In this document: positions 19,152-31,162 of the stretch, in pieces
Layout of the letters: each line of letters opens with the position of its first letter
How positions within the stretch are numbered: position 1 is the first letter of the stretch
Source of the DNA: Candidatus Cloacimonadota bacterium
Lineage (GTDB): Bacteria; Cloacimonadota; Cloacimonadia; G963667145
Assembly: GCA_963676615.1 (NCBI GenBank)
Contig: OY781092.1
Location: 736,001 to 800,000, forward strand
Direction of reading: 5' to 3'
Length of the DNA: 64,000 nt
Made by a program: the position numbers and the translations under genes
Notes under the pieces: generated by a model
Database searches by the model: none
The model's input: the letters and a program-made list of their open reading frames with translations, nothing else
What the model was told of the DNA's origin: nothing

Positions 19152-20471
19152 CTAGCAACCAACGCAACTGTAATCAAAAAGTTTTTGCGCCTGCGGATCG
19201 TCCAGATAAATATTGCGCAGATCGAAGAAAAATTTGCCCTTCATCAAACCAGCGATTTTCTCCAAATCCATTCCACGAAATTGGTTCCACTCGGTGATCA
19301 AAACCAGAGCGTCTGCCTCTTTTGCCGCCTGATAACCGTCGGTGCAATACTCAATTTTATCGCTGCAATCTTCTAGACGCCAAGTGGCTTCGGTCATCCC
19401 CTCTGGGCAAAAAGCTTTAATCTTCGCCCCGTTTTCCACAAGCCCTCTTATAATGTCCAGAGACGGCGCATCACGCATATCGTCGGTCTCGGGCTTGAAA
19501 GACAACCCCAAAATTCCAACGGTTTTCCCTTTAATATCACGCATCTTCCGCAAAATCTTTTCCACCATTTTGCTTTTTTGCTTCGCGTTCGCCCGAATCG
19601 CCGCGTCTATAACCAAAAGTTCCTCTTGATTTTGCCGCGCAATATCAACAATCGCCTTGGTATCTTTGGGGAAACAAGAGCCGCCATAACCAGGACCAGC
19701 GTGCAAAAATTTTGGCGAAATTCTGCCGTCCATACCCATAGCGCCCGCAATTTCCTGCACATTCGCTCCGACCTTTTCTGCCAAAAGCGCCATCTCGTTG
19801 ATGAACGAAATCTTCACCGCCAAAAAAGCGTTTGAAGCGTATTTAATCATTTCAGCCGATTCCAAACCTGTAAAAACGAAAGGCGTTTTGTTCAAATAAA
19901 GGACATTGTAAACTTTTTTCATAATCTCACGAGCCTTTGCGCTCTCTGTGCCGATTACGATTCTATCGGGGTGCAAACAGTCGCCAATCGCCTTGCCTTC
20001 TCGCAAAAACTCTGGATTGGAAACCACATCAAACTCAAAATCTACCTTGCGCTTATCCAGCTCGGCTTGCACCGCCTCACGCACCAATTTCCCCGTGCCA
20101 ACAGGCACCGTTGACTTATCCACCACCACTTTATAGCCGTTTATATTTTTCCCAATCTCCCGCGCAACCGACAACACATACTGCAAGTCTGCCGAACCGT
20201 CCTCTTTCGGCGGAGTGCCCACTGCAATAAAAATCACATCCGAATTTTCCACCGTCTTTTTAATATCGGTCGTAAAATCGACTCTTCCTGCTTTCACAAC
20301 TTTATTTAATAACTCCGCAAGACCGGGCTCGTATATCGGAACTTCGTTGTTCAAAAGCTTCTCAATCTTGCCTTGATCAACATCCATACAAATCACATTC
20401 AGCCCAAAATCTGCCAACACAACACCTTGCACAAGCCCAACATAGCCCGTCCCAATCACAGAAATCTTCAT
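19152..20471 (-). CDS. ugd: UDP-glucose 6-dehydrogenase
   Basis: GTGYVGL, IAVGTP, SNPEFLREG, GYGGSCFPKD. Confidence 0.95.
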   Translation of the reverse strand: MKISVIGTGYVGLVQGVVLADFGLNVICMDVDQGKIEKLLNNEVPIYEPGLAELLNKVVKAGRVDFTTDIKKTVENSDVIFIAVGTPPKEDGSADLQYVLSVAREIGKNINGYKVVVDKSTVPVGTGKLVREAVQAELDKRKVDFEFDVVSNPEFLREGKAIGDCLHPDRIVIGTESAKAREIMKKVYNVLYLNKTPFVFTGLESAEMIKYASNAFLAVKISFINEMALLAEKVGANVQEIAGAMGMDGRISPKFLHAGPGYGGSCFPKDTKAIVDIARQNQEELLVIDAAIRANAKQKSKMVEKILRKMRDIKGKTVGILGLSFKPETDDMRDAPSLDIIRGLVENGAKIKAFCPEGMTEATWRLEDCSDKIEYCTDGYQAAKEADALVLITEWNQFRGMDLEKIAGLMKGKFFFDLRNIYLDDPQAQKLFDYSCVGC

Positions 20472-20474
20472 ATT

Positions 20475-22322
20475 TTACTTTTCTCCTATCAATTTAAATT
20501 CGTACTCTGGCAAAATCTTTTTCACAATTTGCCGCAACTTAATATCGTTTTGCTCTCTAAAAGCCTCTTTAAGTGCCTGAAGATCTTCGCTCTTCACAAG
20601 CCTCGGCTCACCAGTTTTCACCACATTTATTTTGGAATGCGCCGTCTGTTCCAAATTCTCGAAGCCCGCATTCAACTCTTCATAAAGCTTCTCGCCAGGA
20701 CGCAAACCAACATAATCGATTTCCATATCTTTATCTGGTTCAAACCCATAAAACCGAATCATCTCCCGCGCAATCTTATCAATCTTGATCTGCTTACCCA
20801 TATCTAGCACAAAAATATCACCTCCAGAGTTCAGCTCTGCGGCTTGCAACACCAGCAAAGACGCCTCTGGAATCGTCATAAAATAGCGAACAATATCTGG
20901 ATGCGTAACTGTGACAGGTCCGCCCTTGGCTATTTGCTTTTCAAAAAGCGGAATCACACTGCCAACACTGCCCAGAACATTGCCAAATCGCACCACCGAA
21001 AATTTTGACTGCTGACTATTTTTGCTTAAAACCACCAGTTCTGCCAATTTTTTGGAAGCTCCCATAATGCTGGTCGGATTTACAGCTTTGTCCGTAGAAA
21101 TCAAAATAAAATTTTCCACCGCAAAATCTTGGGCAACCTCCGCCAAAATTTTTGTGCCAAACACATTGTTTTCAATCGCCTTCCAAGGTTGCAACTCCAT
21201 CATCGGCACATGCTTATACGCCGCCGCGTGAAAAACAATCTCGGGCTTGAAACAAGCAAAAACCTTCTGCAAATGCTCCTTATCTTTGACATCGCCAACT
21301 ATCGGCTCCACATCCAAATAAGGAATATTTTCCGAAAGTTCCATATCGATATGATACAGCGAAGACTCCGCAATATCAAAGAGCAGCAACTTTTTCGGCT
21401 TAAAAATCGCTATCTGCCGACACAACTCCGAGCCGATAGAACCTCCAGCGCCAGTAACCAAAATTACTTTGTCAGCCAAAAACTTCGCTATTTTTTGCGA
21501 GTTCTGCTGCACAGGACTACGCCCCAAAAGGTCTTCGTAAGACAGTTTTCTCGCCGAGCTGAGCTTCACTTTTTTGTCCATTATCTCGTTCAAGCTGGGG
21601 ATAATTTTGTAGCTAACACCAGCTGTTTTGCATCTTTCCACAATTTTGCGAAAAGCTTTCCTGTCAGCAGAAGGCGTCGCCACAATCAGCTCGTTTATCA
21701 TATTGTCTTGCACAATTTTTTTAAGCTTTGCGATGCTGTCCAAGACTGGAACTCCGTGAATTTTGTGCCCGATTTTTTTCTTGTCGTCGTCCAAAAAACC
21801 GACCACATAATAGGAAAGCCCTTTGTTTTTCAAAACATCACGCAAGATTTTTTCGCCTGCGTCTCCTGCGCCCAAAATCAATAGCCGCTTTTTCCCCGAA
21901 ACCTCGCTGGTTTGATTGCGATAGTCGAAATAAATTCGCGCCGAGACTCGCACTCCCCCAAGCACCATAATCCCCAAAATGTAGCCGATAATAGTCGCCG
22001 AGCGAGAAATCAGCAGCACATTATCTGGCAAGCTAGCAATGATAATCGTAAAGAAAAAAGCAAAAGAGGTAGCTTTGATGAGGTTGATAAGGTCTTTTAT
22101 TCCCGTGTATCGCCACAATCCGCTATACAAATCAAATTTGAATAAAAAAGTCAGCTTTAAAACCAAAACCAGCAAAAGAGTCCAAATCATTTTGTAGAAA
22201 TTGGCTTCCAAAAATTCCCAATCCATCCAAATCCAATATGAAGCGAAAAAAACTGCCGACAAACTTATTATATCAATAAAAAAAAGAATCCAAAAATTTC
22301 TTTTCAAATATTTCCTAAACAT
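20475..22322 (-). CDS. CapD/PglF-type nucleotide-sugar 4,6-dehydratase
   Basis: N-terminal TMs; GAGDAG, LVTGAGGSIGSELCRQ, HAAAYKHVP, ISTDKAVNP, RFGNVLGS. Confidence 0.93.
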   Translation of the reverse strand: MFRKYLKRNFWILFFIDIISLSAVFFASYWIWMDWEFLEANFYKMIWTLLLVLVLKLTFLFKFDLYSGLWRYTGIKDLINLIKATSFAFFFTIIIASLPDNVLLISRSATIIGYILGIMVLGGVRVSARIYFDYRNQTSEVSGKKRLLILGAGDAGEKILRDVLKNKGLSYYVVGFLDDDKKKIGHKIHGVPVLDSIAKLKKIVQDNMINELIVATPSADRKAFRKIVERCKTAGVSYKIIPSLNEIMDKKVKLSSARKLSYEDLLGRSPVQQNSQKIAKFLADKVILVTGAGGSIGSELCRQIAIFKPKKLLLFDIAESSLYHIDMELSENIPYLDVEPIVGDVKDKEHLQKVFACFKPEIVFHAAAYKHVPMMELQPWKAIENNVFGTKILAEVAQDFAVENFILISTDKAVNPTSIMGASKKLAELVVLSKNSQQSKFSVVRFGNVLGSVGSVIPLFEKQIAKGGPVTVTHPDIVRYFMTIPEASLLVLQAAELNSGGDIFVLDMGKQIKIDKIAREMIRFYGFEPDKDMEIDYVGLRPGEKLYEELNAGFENLEQTAHSKINVVKTGEPRLVKSEDLQALKEAFREQNDIKLRQIVKKILPEYEFKLIGEK

Positions 22323-22452
22323 AAGGCCTTCTTAACTTTTTGTTTAAAATAGAGCAACCGTAGCTCGTTGAAACAACTGCAAAATAGAGATGTTTTCAGT
22401 CAAGAAGAGAATAATAATTATTGACAGGTGGCAAGCCGTTATCTTTTTTTAG

Positions 22453-23796
<1,344 letters not shown>

Positions 23797-23815
23797 CCAA
23801 AAAAAGCACTCAACG

Positions 23816-23858
23816 CCCTGCTTTCCCTTGCTCAAAGTGGAACGCAGGGTTTTTCTTT
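23816..23858 (+). terminator. Terminator after eno
   Basis: CCCTGC...GCAGGG stem followed by TTTTTCTTT. Confidence 0.65.
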
Positions 23859-23938
23859 CCCCAAAATTTACTTTGACAAAATTAAAGGCAAACAAAATTG
23901 TTCCATAAAAAAAACGACATCAGCACAGGAGCAGTTTT

Positions 23939-26503
23939 ATGGAATACCCATTTATAGAGATTGAGAAAAAATGGCAAAAAATCTGGGACGACAAAAAAAT
24001 TTTTGCCGCGCAAGATCAAAGCGACAAAGAGAAAAAATATATCCTCTCGATGTTCCCCTATCCGTCGGGCGATTTGCATATGGGGCACATTTCCAACTAC
24101 TCCATTGGCGACGCCCTAGCGCGATTTTATCTGCAATCTGGCTACAATGTCCTGCAACCTATGGGCTACGACTCTTTCGGAATGCCAGCCGAAAATTTTG
24201 CCATTCAGCACAACTCGCATCCAAAAATCACCACCGAAGAAAATATCGCCAAAATGAAAAAACAGCTCACAGCAATGGGCTTCGGTTTCGACTGGTCTCG
24301 CGAGGTCTCCACCTGCCGACCAGACTACTACAAATGGGGTCAATGGCTCTTCAAGCGAATGTATGAAAAAGGGCTGATTTACAAAAAAAAATCTTTTGTC
24401 AATTGGTGCCCAAGCTGCGCGACAGTCCTTGCCAACGAGCAAGTCGAAGACGGCAAATGCTGGCGCTGCGAGAGCGTCGTCGTCAAAAAAGAGCTGGAGC
24501 AATGGTTCGCCAAAATCACCGACTACGCCGAAGAACTTTTGGACACATCCGACCTTGTTGATTGGCCAGAAAAAGTCAAACTAATGCAAAAAAATTGGAT
24601 CGGCAGAAGCACAGGCGTAACGATAAATTTCTTGTTTGAAGATCAAAAACTGCCCGTATTTACCACCAGACCAGACACAATTTTCGGCGTAACCTTTATG
24701 GCTATCGCCCCAGAACACCCGCTTACGCAAAAATTTTTGCAAGAGGAAGGCGAAAACTCCAAGCTTTACCAATTTTGCCAAAAAGTGATGAGCCAAGACA
24801 ACAGCCAGCGCACCGCCGAAGACAAAGACAAAGAAGGAATTTTCACTGGCAGATATTGCGTCAATCCCGTAAGCGGCGAAAAAGTCGAAATATGGGTAAC
24901 TAACTATGTGCTAATGAATTACGGTACTGGCGCGGTGATGGCTGTGCCGGCGCACGACACGCGCGACTTTCTTTTTGCCAAAAAATACAACATCGGCATA
25001 AAAGTCGTTGTGCAAAACGATGACAAAAACTTGGACGCGCAAACAATGAGCGAAGCTTTCACCGACGACGGCACAATGATAAACTCCGCCCAGTTCGACG
25101 GGCTCGGCAACCAAGATTGCCTGGAAAAAATCGCCGACTGGATCGCCAGCGAAAATTTTGGCGAAAAAAGCGTCAACTACAAACTGCGAGACTGGGGGCT
25201 CTCACGCCAGCGTTACTGGGGCAACCCGATTCCAGTGGTCTATTGCCAAAAATGCGGAACGCAACTCGTTCCCGACGAACAGCTGCCAGTGCTGCTGCCA
25301 GACGACATCCAAATCGGCAAAACCAAGCAAAATCCTCTACTCTCCGCAACAAAATGGCTAAAAACGACTTGCCCAAAATGCGGCGGCGAAGCTAGACGCG
25401 AGACCGACACGATGGACACTTTCGTGGACTCCTCCTGGTACTTTGCCCGCTATTGCGACGCCCACAACCAAGATGCACCATTCGACAAAGAAAAAGCCGG
25501 CTACTGGCTGCCCGTGGATCAATACATCGGCGGAATCGAGCACGCTGTGCTCCACCTGCTCTACGCAAGATTTTTTCACAAATTTATGCGCGACATCGGA
25601 CTCACAAATTGCAACGAGCCGTTCTCTCGCCTACTCACGCAAGGGATGGTCTGCATGCAAACTTTCCGTTGCCCAAAAGACGGCTACATCTTCCCGCAAG
25701 ACGCAATTGTCGAAGGGAAAACAGCGACCTGCGCCCTGTGCGGTTCGCCCGTCACAATCGGCAACATCGAAAAAATGAGCAAATCCAAAAAAAATGTCGT
25801 CAACCCAAACGACTATCTGCAACGCTTCGGCGCCGACACCCTCAGGACATTCGTCCTCTTTGCCTCTCCTCCAGAAAAAGATGTCGATTGGAACGACAAA
25901 GCCGTCGGCGGTGCTTTCCGTTTTTTGAACAGAATCTACAAAATTTTTGTAAAAAACAAAGATTTTCTAACCAAAGAATACTCTTGCGACGGCGAAATTT
26001 CGACGCAATACGAAGAGCTTCGCTACTCCAGCCACTATGCTGTCAAAAAAGCTGTCGGCTATATTCGCGAAAAATTGCAATTCAACACAGCAATCGCCGC
26101 CGTGATGGAGCACCTGAACAACCTCTACTCTGCAAAATCTCCCGCAACTTCCGCCGAAAAAGCGATTTACAAAGAGGCGCACACCATCATCCCAAAAATA
26201 ATCTACCCGTTCGCTCCGCACCTTTGCGAAGAAATTTGGCAAATGATTGGCGGCGCTAACCTTTTGCACGAGAGTGGTTTGCCGACCTACGACGAAAAAT
26301 ATTTGGTCAAAAACGATATAACTTTGGTGATTCAGGTTATGGGAAAAATCCGAGCTCAGCTCGAAACCAGCAAGAATGCACCCAAAGAGGAGATTATCGC
26401 CAAAGCCAAAGAGATTGACAATGTGCAAAAATTTTTAGCGGGCAAAACGATTGTAAAAGAGATCGTTGTCCCGAACAAGCTCATCAACTTTGTGATTAAA
26501 TAG
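23939..26503 (+). CDS. leuS: Leucine-tRNA ligase
   Basis: MFPYPSGDLHMGH (HIGH), FTTRPDT editing motif, KMSKS. Confidence 0.98.
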   Translation: MEYPFIEIEKKWQKIWDDKKIFAAQDQSDKEKKYILSMFPYPSGDLHMGHISNYSIGDALARFYLQSGYNVLQPMGYDSFGMPAENFAIQHNSHPKITTEENIAKMKKQLTAMGFGFDWSREVSTCRPDYYKWGQWLFKRMYEKGLIYKKKSFVNWCPSCATVLANEQVEDGKCWRCESVVVKKELEQWFAKITDYAEELLDTSDLVDWPEKVKLMQKNWIGRSTGVTINFLFEDQKLPVFTTRPDTIFGVTFMAIAPEHPLTQKFLQEEGENSKLYQFCQKVMSQDNSQRTAEDKDKEGIFTGRYCVNPVSGEKVEIWVTNYVLMNYGTGAVMAVPAHDTRDFLFAKKYNIGIKVVVQNDDKNLDAQTMSEAFTDDGTMINSAQFDGLGNQDCLEKIADWIASENFGEKSVNYKLRDWGLSRQRYWGNPIPVVYCQKCGTQLVPDEQLPVLLPDDIQIGKTKQNPLLSATKWLKTTCPKCGGEARRETDTMDTFVDSSWYFARYCDAHNQDAPFDKEKAGYWLPVDQYIGGIEHAVLHLLYARFFHKFMRDIGLTNCNEPFSRLLTQGMVCMQTFRCPKDGYIFPQDAIVEGKTATCALCGSPVTIGNIEKMSKSKKNVVNPNDYLQRFGADTLRTFVLFASPPEKDVDWNDKAVGGAFRFLNRIYKIFVKNKDFLTKEYSCDGEISTQYEELRYSSHYAVKKAVGYIREKLQFNTAIAAVMEHLNNLYSAKSPATSAEKAIYKEAHTIIPKIIYPFAPHLCEEIWQMIGGANLLHESGLPTYDEKYLVKNDITLVIQVMGKIRAQLETSKNAPKEEIIAKAKEIDNVQKFLAGKTIVKEIVVPNKLINFVIK

Positions 26504-26514
26504 CGACCGGAAAT

Positions 26515-27207
26515 TTGAGCAGATTAAGTGGCAAAGTCGCCAGAGCGATAAAAGATTACCAGATGATTTCGGCGGGCTCAACCGTGGGCGTCGCCGTCTC
26601 TGGCGGAAAAGACAGCGTTGCGCTGCTTTATCTGCTTGCACACCTGCAAAAATCGCTTCAGTTTCGGCTTTACCCCGTTCACGCAAAAATTGCCGACTAC
26701 GACACAACACCTATCAGATTGCTATGCAGGCAGTTACAGCTGCCATACACCGAGTTGGAGGTCAAGCTCGACTACACAAAGCTAAGCAAAAAAGAGTGCT
26801 TCGTCTGCTCACGCCTGATCAAAGGCTACATCACCGAGCACCTGCAATCGCAAAACATCACAGCCGCAGCTTTCGGTCATCATGCGGACGATGTCGCCGC
26901 CACTTTTCTCATCAATCTGCTAAATCACAACAAAGTCGGAGCTTTTTTGCCAGTCCTCTCTGGAACAAAATCGGGAGTGAACACCATCAGACCGCTGATT
27001 TACATCCGAGAAAAAGAGCTGAAAAATTTGGTGAAAGCCAAAAATCTGCCGCTGCTAAATTACAAATGCCCTTATGCAAAAGACAATAGCCGCCTAGAGT
27101 TAAAAGAAAAAACCAAGCAACTCGAAAAAATTTTAGAGTGCGCAAATCTGCCCAAAACGATTATCAAAGCGTTGCAATCGCAAAGTAAATCCGAATTTTG
27201 GGACTAA
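26515..27207 (+). CDS. ttcA: tRNA 2-thiocytidine biosynthesis protein TtcA-like
   Basis: AIKDYQMI, SGGKDS PP-loop, CFVC, GHHADD, IRPL; TTG start uncertain. Confidence 0.8.
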   Translation: MSRLSGKVARAIKDYQMISAGSTVGVAVSGGKDSVALLYLLAHLQKSLQFRLYPVHAKIADYDTTPIRLLCRQLQLPYTELEVKLDYTKLSKKECFVCSRLIKGYITEHLQSQNITAAAFGHHADDVAATFLINLLNHNKVGAFLPVLSGTKSGVNTIRPLIYIREKELKNLVKAKNLPLLNYKCPYAKDNSRLELKEKTKQLEKILECANLPKTIIKALQSQSKSEFWD

Positions 27208-27225
27208 AAAAAACGGAGAAATTTT

Positions 27226-28254
27226 ATGAGCATTAGCTGTTTACGACTGGAAAACGAAAAACTATTTTTAATCGACCAACGCAAACTACCCAAAAAATAC
27301 ACCGAATTTGAGTGCAAAAATTATCACGATGTCATCTTCGCCATCGCCGAAATGGTTGTGCGAGGCGCTCCCGCAATCGGCGCAGTTGCTGCCTTTGGGA
27401 TGTTCCTGGCTGGCAAAGAGTTCGCCGAAAGCGACAATTTTTTTGAAAAAATGACCTCTGCCAAAAATGAGCTAGACGCCGCAAGACCGACCGCCATAAA
27501 TTTAATGTGGGCAACGGGCAGAATGCTCTCCGTGCTAGACAAAGCGGCCTCAAACCAAAAGAATTGCCAAGCCTTGAAAATCGAAGCCGACAAAATCGCC
27601 CAAGAAGACATCGCCATCAACAAAAAAATGGGCAAAATCGGCGCCGAAATCGTTCCCACAAAAGCGACAATCCTCACCCACTGCAACACAGGCGCTTTGG
27701 CGACAGTAGGTCACGGAACAGCTCTGGGGGTCGTCCGCTCGGCAATCGAAAAGGGCAAAGAAATTTTCGTCTATGCCGACGAAACCAGACCACGCCTGCA
27801 AGGAGCAAGGCTCACCGCTTGGGAACTTTCACAAGAAAAAATCCCGTCTTGCTTAATCGCCGACAGCGTCGCTGCCACTTTAATCAGAGACGGGAAAATC
27901 GACTTAATCTTGGTCGGAGCAGACCGCATCGCCGCCAACGGCGACACCACCAACAAAATCGGCACTTTTATGCTCAGCGTCCTCGCCCAAAAATACGGCG
28001 TCCCCTTCTATGTTGTCGCCCCCACATCTACCATCGACTTGCAAACGCCCACAGGCGAGCAAATCGAAATCGAAGAGCGCGACGACAACGAAGTCAGCTT
28101 CGTCTCAGGCAAGCAAGTCGCTCCGCTGGATATGAAAATCTACAATCCCGCTTTCGATGTCACTCCCGCAGAAAATATCACCGGAATAATCACCGAAAAC
28201 GGAATTGCTAACTCGCCATTTAGCAAACAATTAAAAAACTTCTGCCAAATATAA
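27226..28254 (+). CDS. mtnA: S-methyl-5-thioribose-1-phosphate isomerase
   Basis: DQRKLP, VRGAPAIG, THCNTGALAT, DETRPRLQGARLT, NPAFDVTP. Confidence 0.96.
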   Translation: MSISCLRLENEKLFLIDQRKLPKKYTEFECKNYHDVIFAIAEMVVRGAPAIGAVAAFGMFLAGKEFAESDNFFEKMTSAKNELDAARPTAINLMWATGRMLSVLDKAASNQKNCQALKIEADKIAQEDIAINKKMGKIGAEIVPTKATILTHCNTGALATVGHGTALGVVRSAIEKGKEIFVYADETRPRLQGARLTAWELSQEKIPSCLIADSVAATLIRDGKIDLILVGADRIAANGDTTNKIGTFMLSVLAQKYGVPFYVVAPTSTIDLQTPTGEQIEIEERDDNEVSFVSGKQVAPLDMKIYNPAFDVTPAENITGIITENGIANSPFSKQLKNFCQI

Positions 28255-28327
28255 CGGCTTTTTTCGATTGACCAAAATTTGAGATTTAAAACTTTGGGGT
28301 AAATAAAATTAAACAAGGAGGAAAAAA

Positions 28328-28645
28328 ATGAAAAGATCCATTATTTTAGTTTTTGCATTGTCTGCGTTGCTGCTGAGCGGTTGTGCTGCTGTAAGAGGTC
28401 CATTGGTTGGTATTATCAGCTCAAATGTTACCTCTCCAGTTGCTGTTAACCCAGGAAGCATGTCTGGTCTGAAAAAAGGCACAGCTACAGCTTCGTCAAT
28501 CTTGGGCATCATCGCTTCTGGCGACGCTAGTATCGCCGCTGCTTGCGAAAACGGCAACATCACTCAAGTTGTAGCCGTTGACTGCAAAACCAGCAACATC
28601 TTGGGATTTTACGCTGAATATACAACTATTGTATACGGCAAGTAA
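28328..28645 (+). CDS. TRL-like family lipoprotein
   Basis: LLSGC lipobox; KKGTATASSILG, GDASIAAA, TIVYGK; AAGGAGG RBS. Confidence 0.8.
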   Translation: MKRSIILVFALSALLLSGCAAVRGPLVGIISSNVTSPVAVNPGSMSGLKKGTATASSILGIIASGDASIAAACENGNITQVVAVDCKTSNILGFYAEYTTIVYGK

Positions 28646-28661
28646 ATCGACACATTTAAAC

Positions 28662-28690
28662 AAAAAGCCCATCACACGATGGGCTTTTTT
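28662..28690. terminator. Bidirectional terminator
   Basis: AAAAAGCCCATC-ACAC-GATGGGCTTTTT between convergent genes. Confidence 0.85.
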
Positions 28691-28707
28691 CTTTCTCTAC
28701 CAAATCG

Positions 28708-30048
28708 TTAAAAATGATACATTTTGTCCAAGTAGGTCGATTTTTTTTGCAACTCTGTAAACCTTGCGAACATCTTGTCCGAAATAGCCACTTGGTTGTC
28801 TAGCAAGTCGGCAAAAGGTTTGTCCAGCTCGGGATTGACATTGAAGTCGTCCAAAAGGATTTTGCCCTCTTTGATGACATGCTGCACGCGCGCCTCGGTG
28901 ATGCCGAAGAAGTAGTGCCCAAAGAAGCTATTTGCATCGAACGCCGTCATCGGCACATAGTCGGTAATCGCCAAATCAGCTTTTTGTCCTTCGATTACTC
29001 CCAATGGGAAACCGTATTTTTGCTTGATTTCGTAGGCATTTGCGAACATCGAAATCATCTCTGGGAAGCCCAAATCGGCGTTACGGCTTTGGAATTTGGT
29101 CACAATTGCCGAATTTTTTTGCGCTTTTAGACAGCTGGAATGCATACCGTCAGTTCCCGCTGTAATCCGAAGTCCTGCGTCCACAAACTCGTTCAACTTC
29201 GCAGCGTTCAGCCCGTTGTTCATATTGGAGTCGATCGCCTGACCGATGAAGATATTTTTCGACGCCAAAGTTTTCAGCTCGCTCAGAGTCAAGTTGCTGG
29301 CGTGGATAATCAAAGAGTTGTCGCGAAGCAAGCCAAAGTCGTTGAGGCGCTCCACCAGCGGCTTGCCATAATTTCGCCAAGAGTACTCTTGGTCAACGCC
29401 ACCTTCTGCCACATGGCAGTGAATCGGTGCTTGCGTATTTTTTGCCAAATAGTCCAGCGCCTGATCTGGCAAAGTCAAAAGAGCGTGCATTCCCGTAAGC
29501 CCTTTGAGCATCGGGTCGCCGCTCACCTCTTTGGCAAAGCGAGCGTTTTCTGCGACGGTTCTCTCAAAATACTCCTTGCCGTTGCGAACTGTGGTCTCGA
29601 AAGCCAAACCGCCGTTCACTCCATAGGCGGCAAAAATTTCGCCCATTTCGCTCAGAGAATTTTCTACATTTCCAGAAATATGATGGTCAAAAACTGTCGT
29701 CACGCCTGCCTTGAGCGAGTCCCGCATACACAAAGCGGTCGAAAGCCTTGTCGATTCAGAATCCAGCGCTTGATCCAAAAGCCACCAGAGCTGAGCCAGC
29801 GTCCGCTCAAATGTGCAAAACGGCACTTCACACGGAATTCCTTTCGACAAACAAGAGTAAATATGATGGTGCGTGTTCACCATTCCTGGCAAAATCACCT
29901 GATTTTCGGCGTTAATCTCCCTGTCAACGGGCTTGCTTGACGAAAAACGAACGACGCCGTCTTCGACATAAACATCTTTTTTTTCTACTGCCACATCTGC
30001 TCCACCACGCGGAGTTATCAGATATCCACCTTTGATAAGAATATTCAT
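28708..30048 (-). CDS. SsnA-like metal-dependent amidohydrolase
   Basis: PGMVNTHHHIYS, GVTTVFDHH, HCHVAEG, SNMNN, GTDG; AAGGAG RBS before ATG 30048. Confidence 0.8.
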   Translation of the reverse strand: MNILIKGGYLITPRGGADVAVEKKDVYVEDGVVRFSSSKPVDREINAENQVILPGMVNTHHHIYSCLSKGIPCEVPFCTFERTLAQLWWLLDQALDSESTRLSTALCMRDSLKAGVTTVFDHHISGNVENSLSEMGEIFAAYGVNGGLAFETTVRNGKEYFERTVAENARFAKEVSGDPMLKGLTGMHALLTLPDQALDYLAKNTQAPIHCHVAEGGVDQEYSWRNYGKPLVERLNDFGLLRDNSLIIHASNLTLSELKTLASKNIFIGQAIDSNMNNGLNAAKLNEFVDAGLRITAGTDGMHSSCLKAQKNSAIVTKFQSRNADLGFPEMISMFANAYEIKQKYGFPLGVIEGQKADLAITDYVPMTAFDANSFFGHYFFGITEARVQHVIKEGKILLDDFNVNPELDKPFADLLDNQVAISDKMFARFTELQKKSTYLDKMYHF

Positions 30049-30214
30049 TTTCGTATTCTCCTTAATAATTTTCATCTGCCTCAAATCAAAAAATAGGCGA
30101 ATATGTTGTCAAATGCTATTTGCCACTTTTATTTCAATTCAAGCCAACAATGCTTGACATTTCGACCTCTCAAAAAAAAATAAATTTATCAAACAATTAA
30201 GGATTCATCAAGGT

Positions 30215-31162
30215 ATGAAAAGAAAAACGGCGCTATTTTTACTCTTTTGCTTCGGAATTTTGTGGGGAGCCAAAATAAACGACACCACCTATATAATAGA
30301 GGGCAAAACCTACATTTACCGAAAACCCAAGCTCTTCGACTGTCTGACCAAAGCCCCTGGCGATGTTTGGGATTTTGTGAAAGCGGGCGGAAATCCGCAA
30401 AACTTCAAGTGGATGGCTCTCACGGCTTTGTCAACAGCGGGCTTGATACGATACGACGAGCAAATCACCGAAGAAGGCAGAAGATGGGGGCACGACCTGC
30501 ACATCAGCGCCGAGACCTCAAACTCCATCGGCTTTCCGTTTTTGGAACTGCCGACCGACATCGGAACTGGACTATATTTCATCGGCGACGGAGCCGTTCA
30601 CATCGGACTTATGACCGGATTTTTGGCATACGGACTGAACAAAGACGACAACCGAGCCTTGCAGACGGCGTCTCAAATCGCAGAAGGGATGCTCACCTCG
30701 GGACTTTTTACCGTACAGATCCTAAAGCACATCACAGGGCGCACATCGCCCAGAGCCAACGCAGACGCAAGCGGCGTTTACCGCGACAAATGGCGACCGT
30801 TTCCAAATCAAATCGCCTATCACAAAAATGTCTCCCACTACGACGCGTTCCCTTCGGGTCACCTAGCCACCTCGATGATGACCTACACCGTCATCACCGA
30901 AAATTATCCCGAATATTTTTGGATAAAGCCGCTTGGAATAACGCTGATGACCGCACTTTCGTTCCAGATGGTCAACAACGGCGTGCACTGGGCGAGCGAC
31001 TATCCGCTTGCGATTCTCATCGGCAGATTTTACGGAAAAATCGCTGTGGAAAAAGGTCGCAAGCAGCTAACAAAAAGCGACCAAAAAAATGCGAGCAACT
31101 TCAACTTTATGCCCGCAATCGTCGGGAACGGCTACGGAGTGATGGCTTGTTATGATTTCTAG
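30215..31162 (+). CDS. PAP2-family phosphatase, secreted/membrane
   Basis: KHITGRTSP, FPSGH, HWASD; signal peptide. Confidence 0.85.
   Translation: MKRKTALFLLFCFGILWGAKINDTTYIIEGKTYIYRKPKLFDCLTKAPGDVWDFVKAGGNPQNFKWMALTALSTAGLIRYDEQITEEGRRWGHDLHISAETSNSIGFPFLELPTDIGTGLYFIGDGAVHIGLMTGFLAYGLNKDDNRALQTASQIAEGMLTSGLFTVQILKHITGRTSPRANADASGVYRDKWRPFPNQIAYHKNVSHYDAFPSGHLATSMMTYTVITENYPEYFWIKPLGITLMTALSFQMVNNGVHWASDYPLAILIGRFYGKIAVEKGRKQLTKSDQKNASNFNFMPAIVGNGYGVMACYDF

Noticed and set aside
23797..23938. T-box or riboswitch leader upstream of leuS (likewise asnS and argC)
   Set aside because: Spacers are too short and lack T-box or ARG-box consensus; the hairpin present fits the eno terminator
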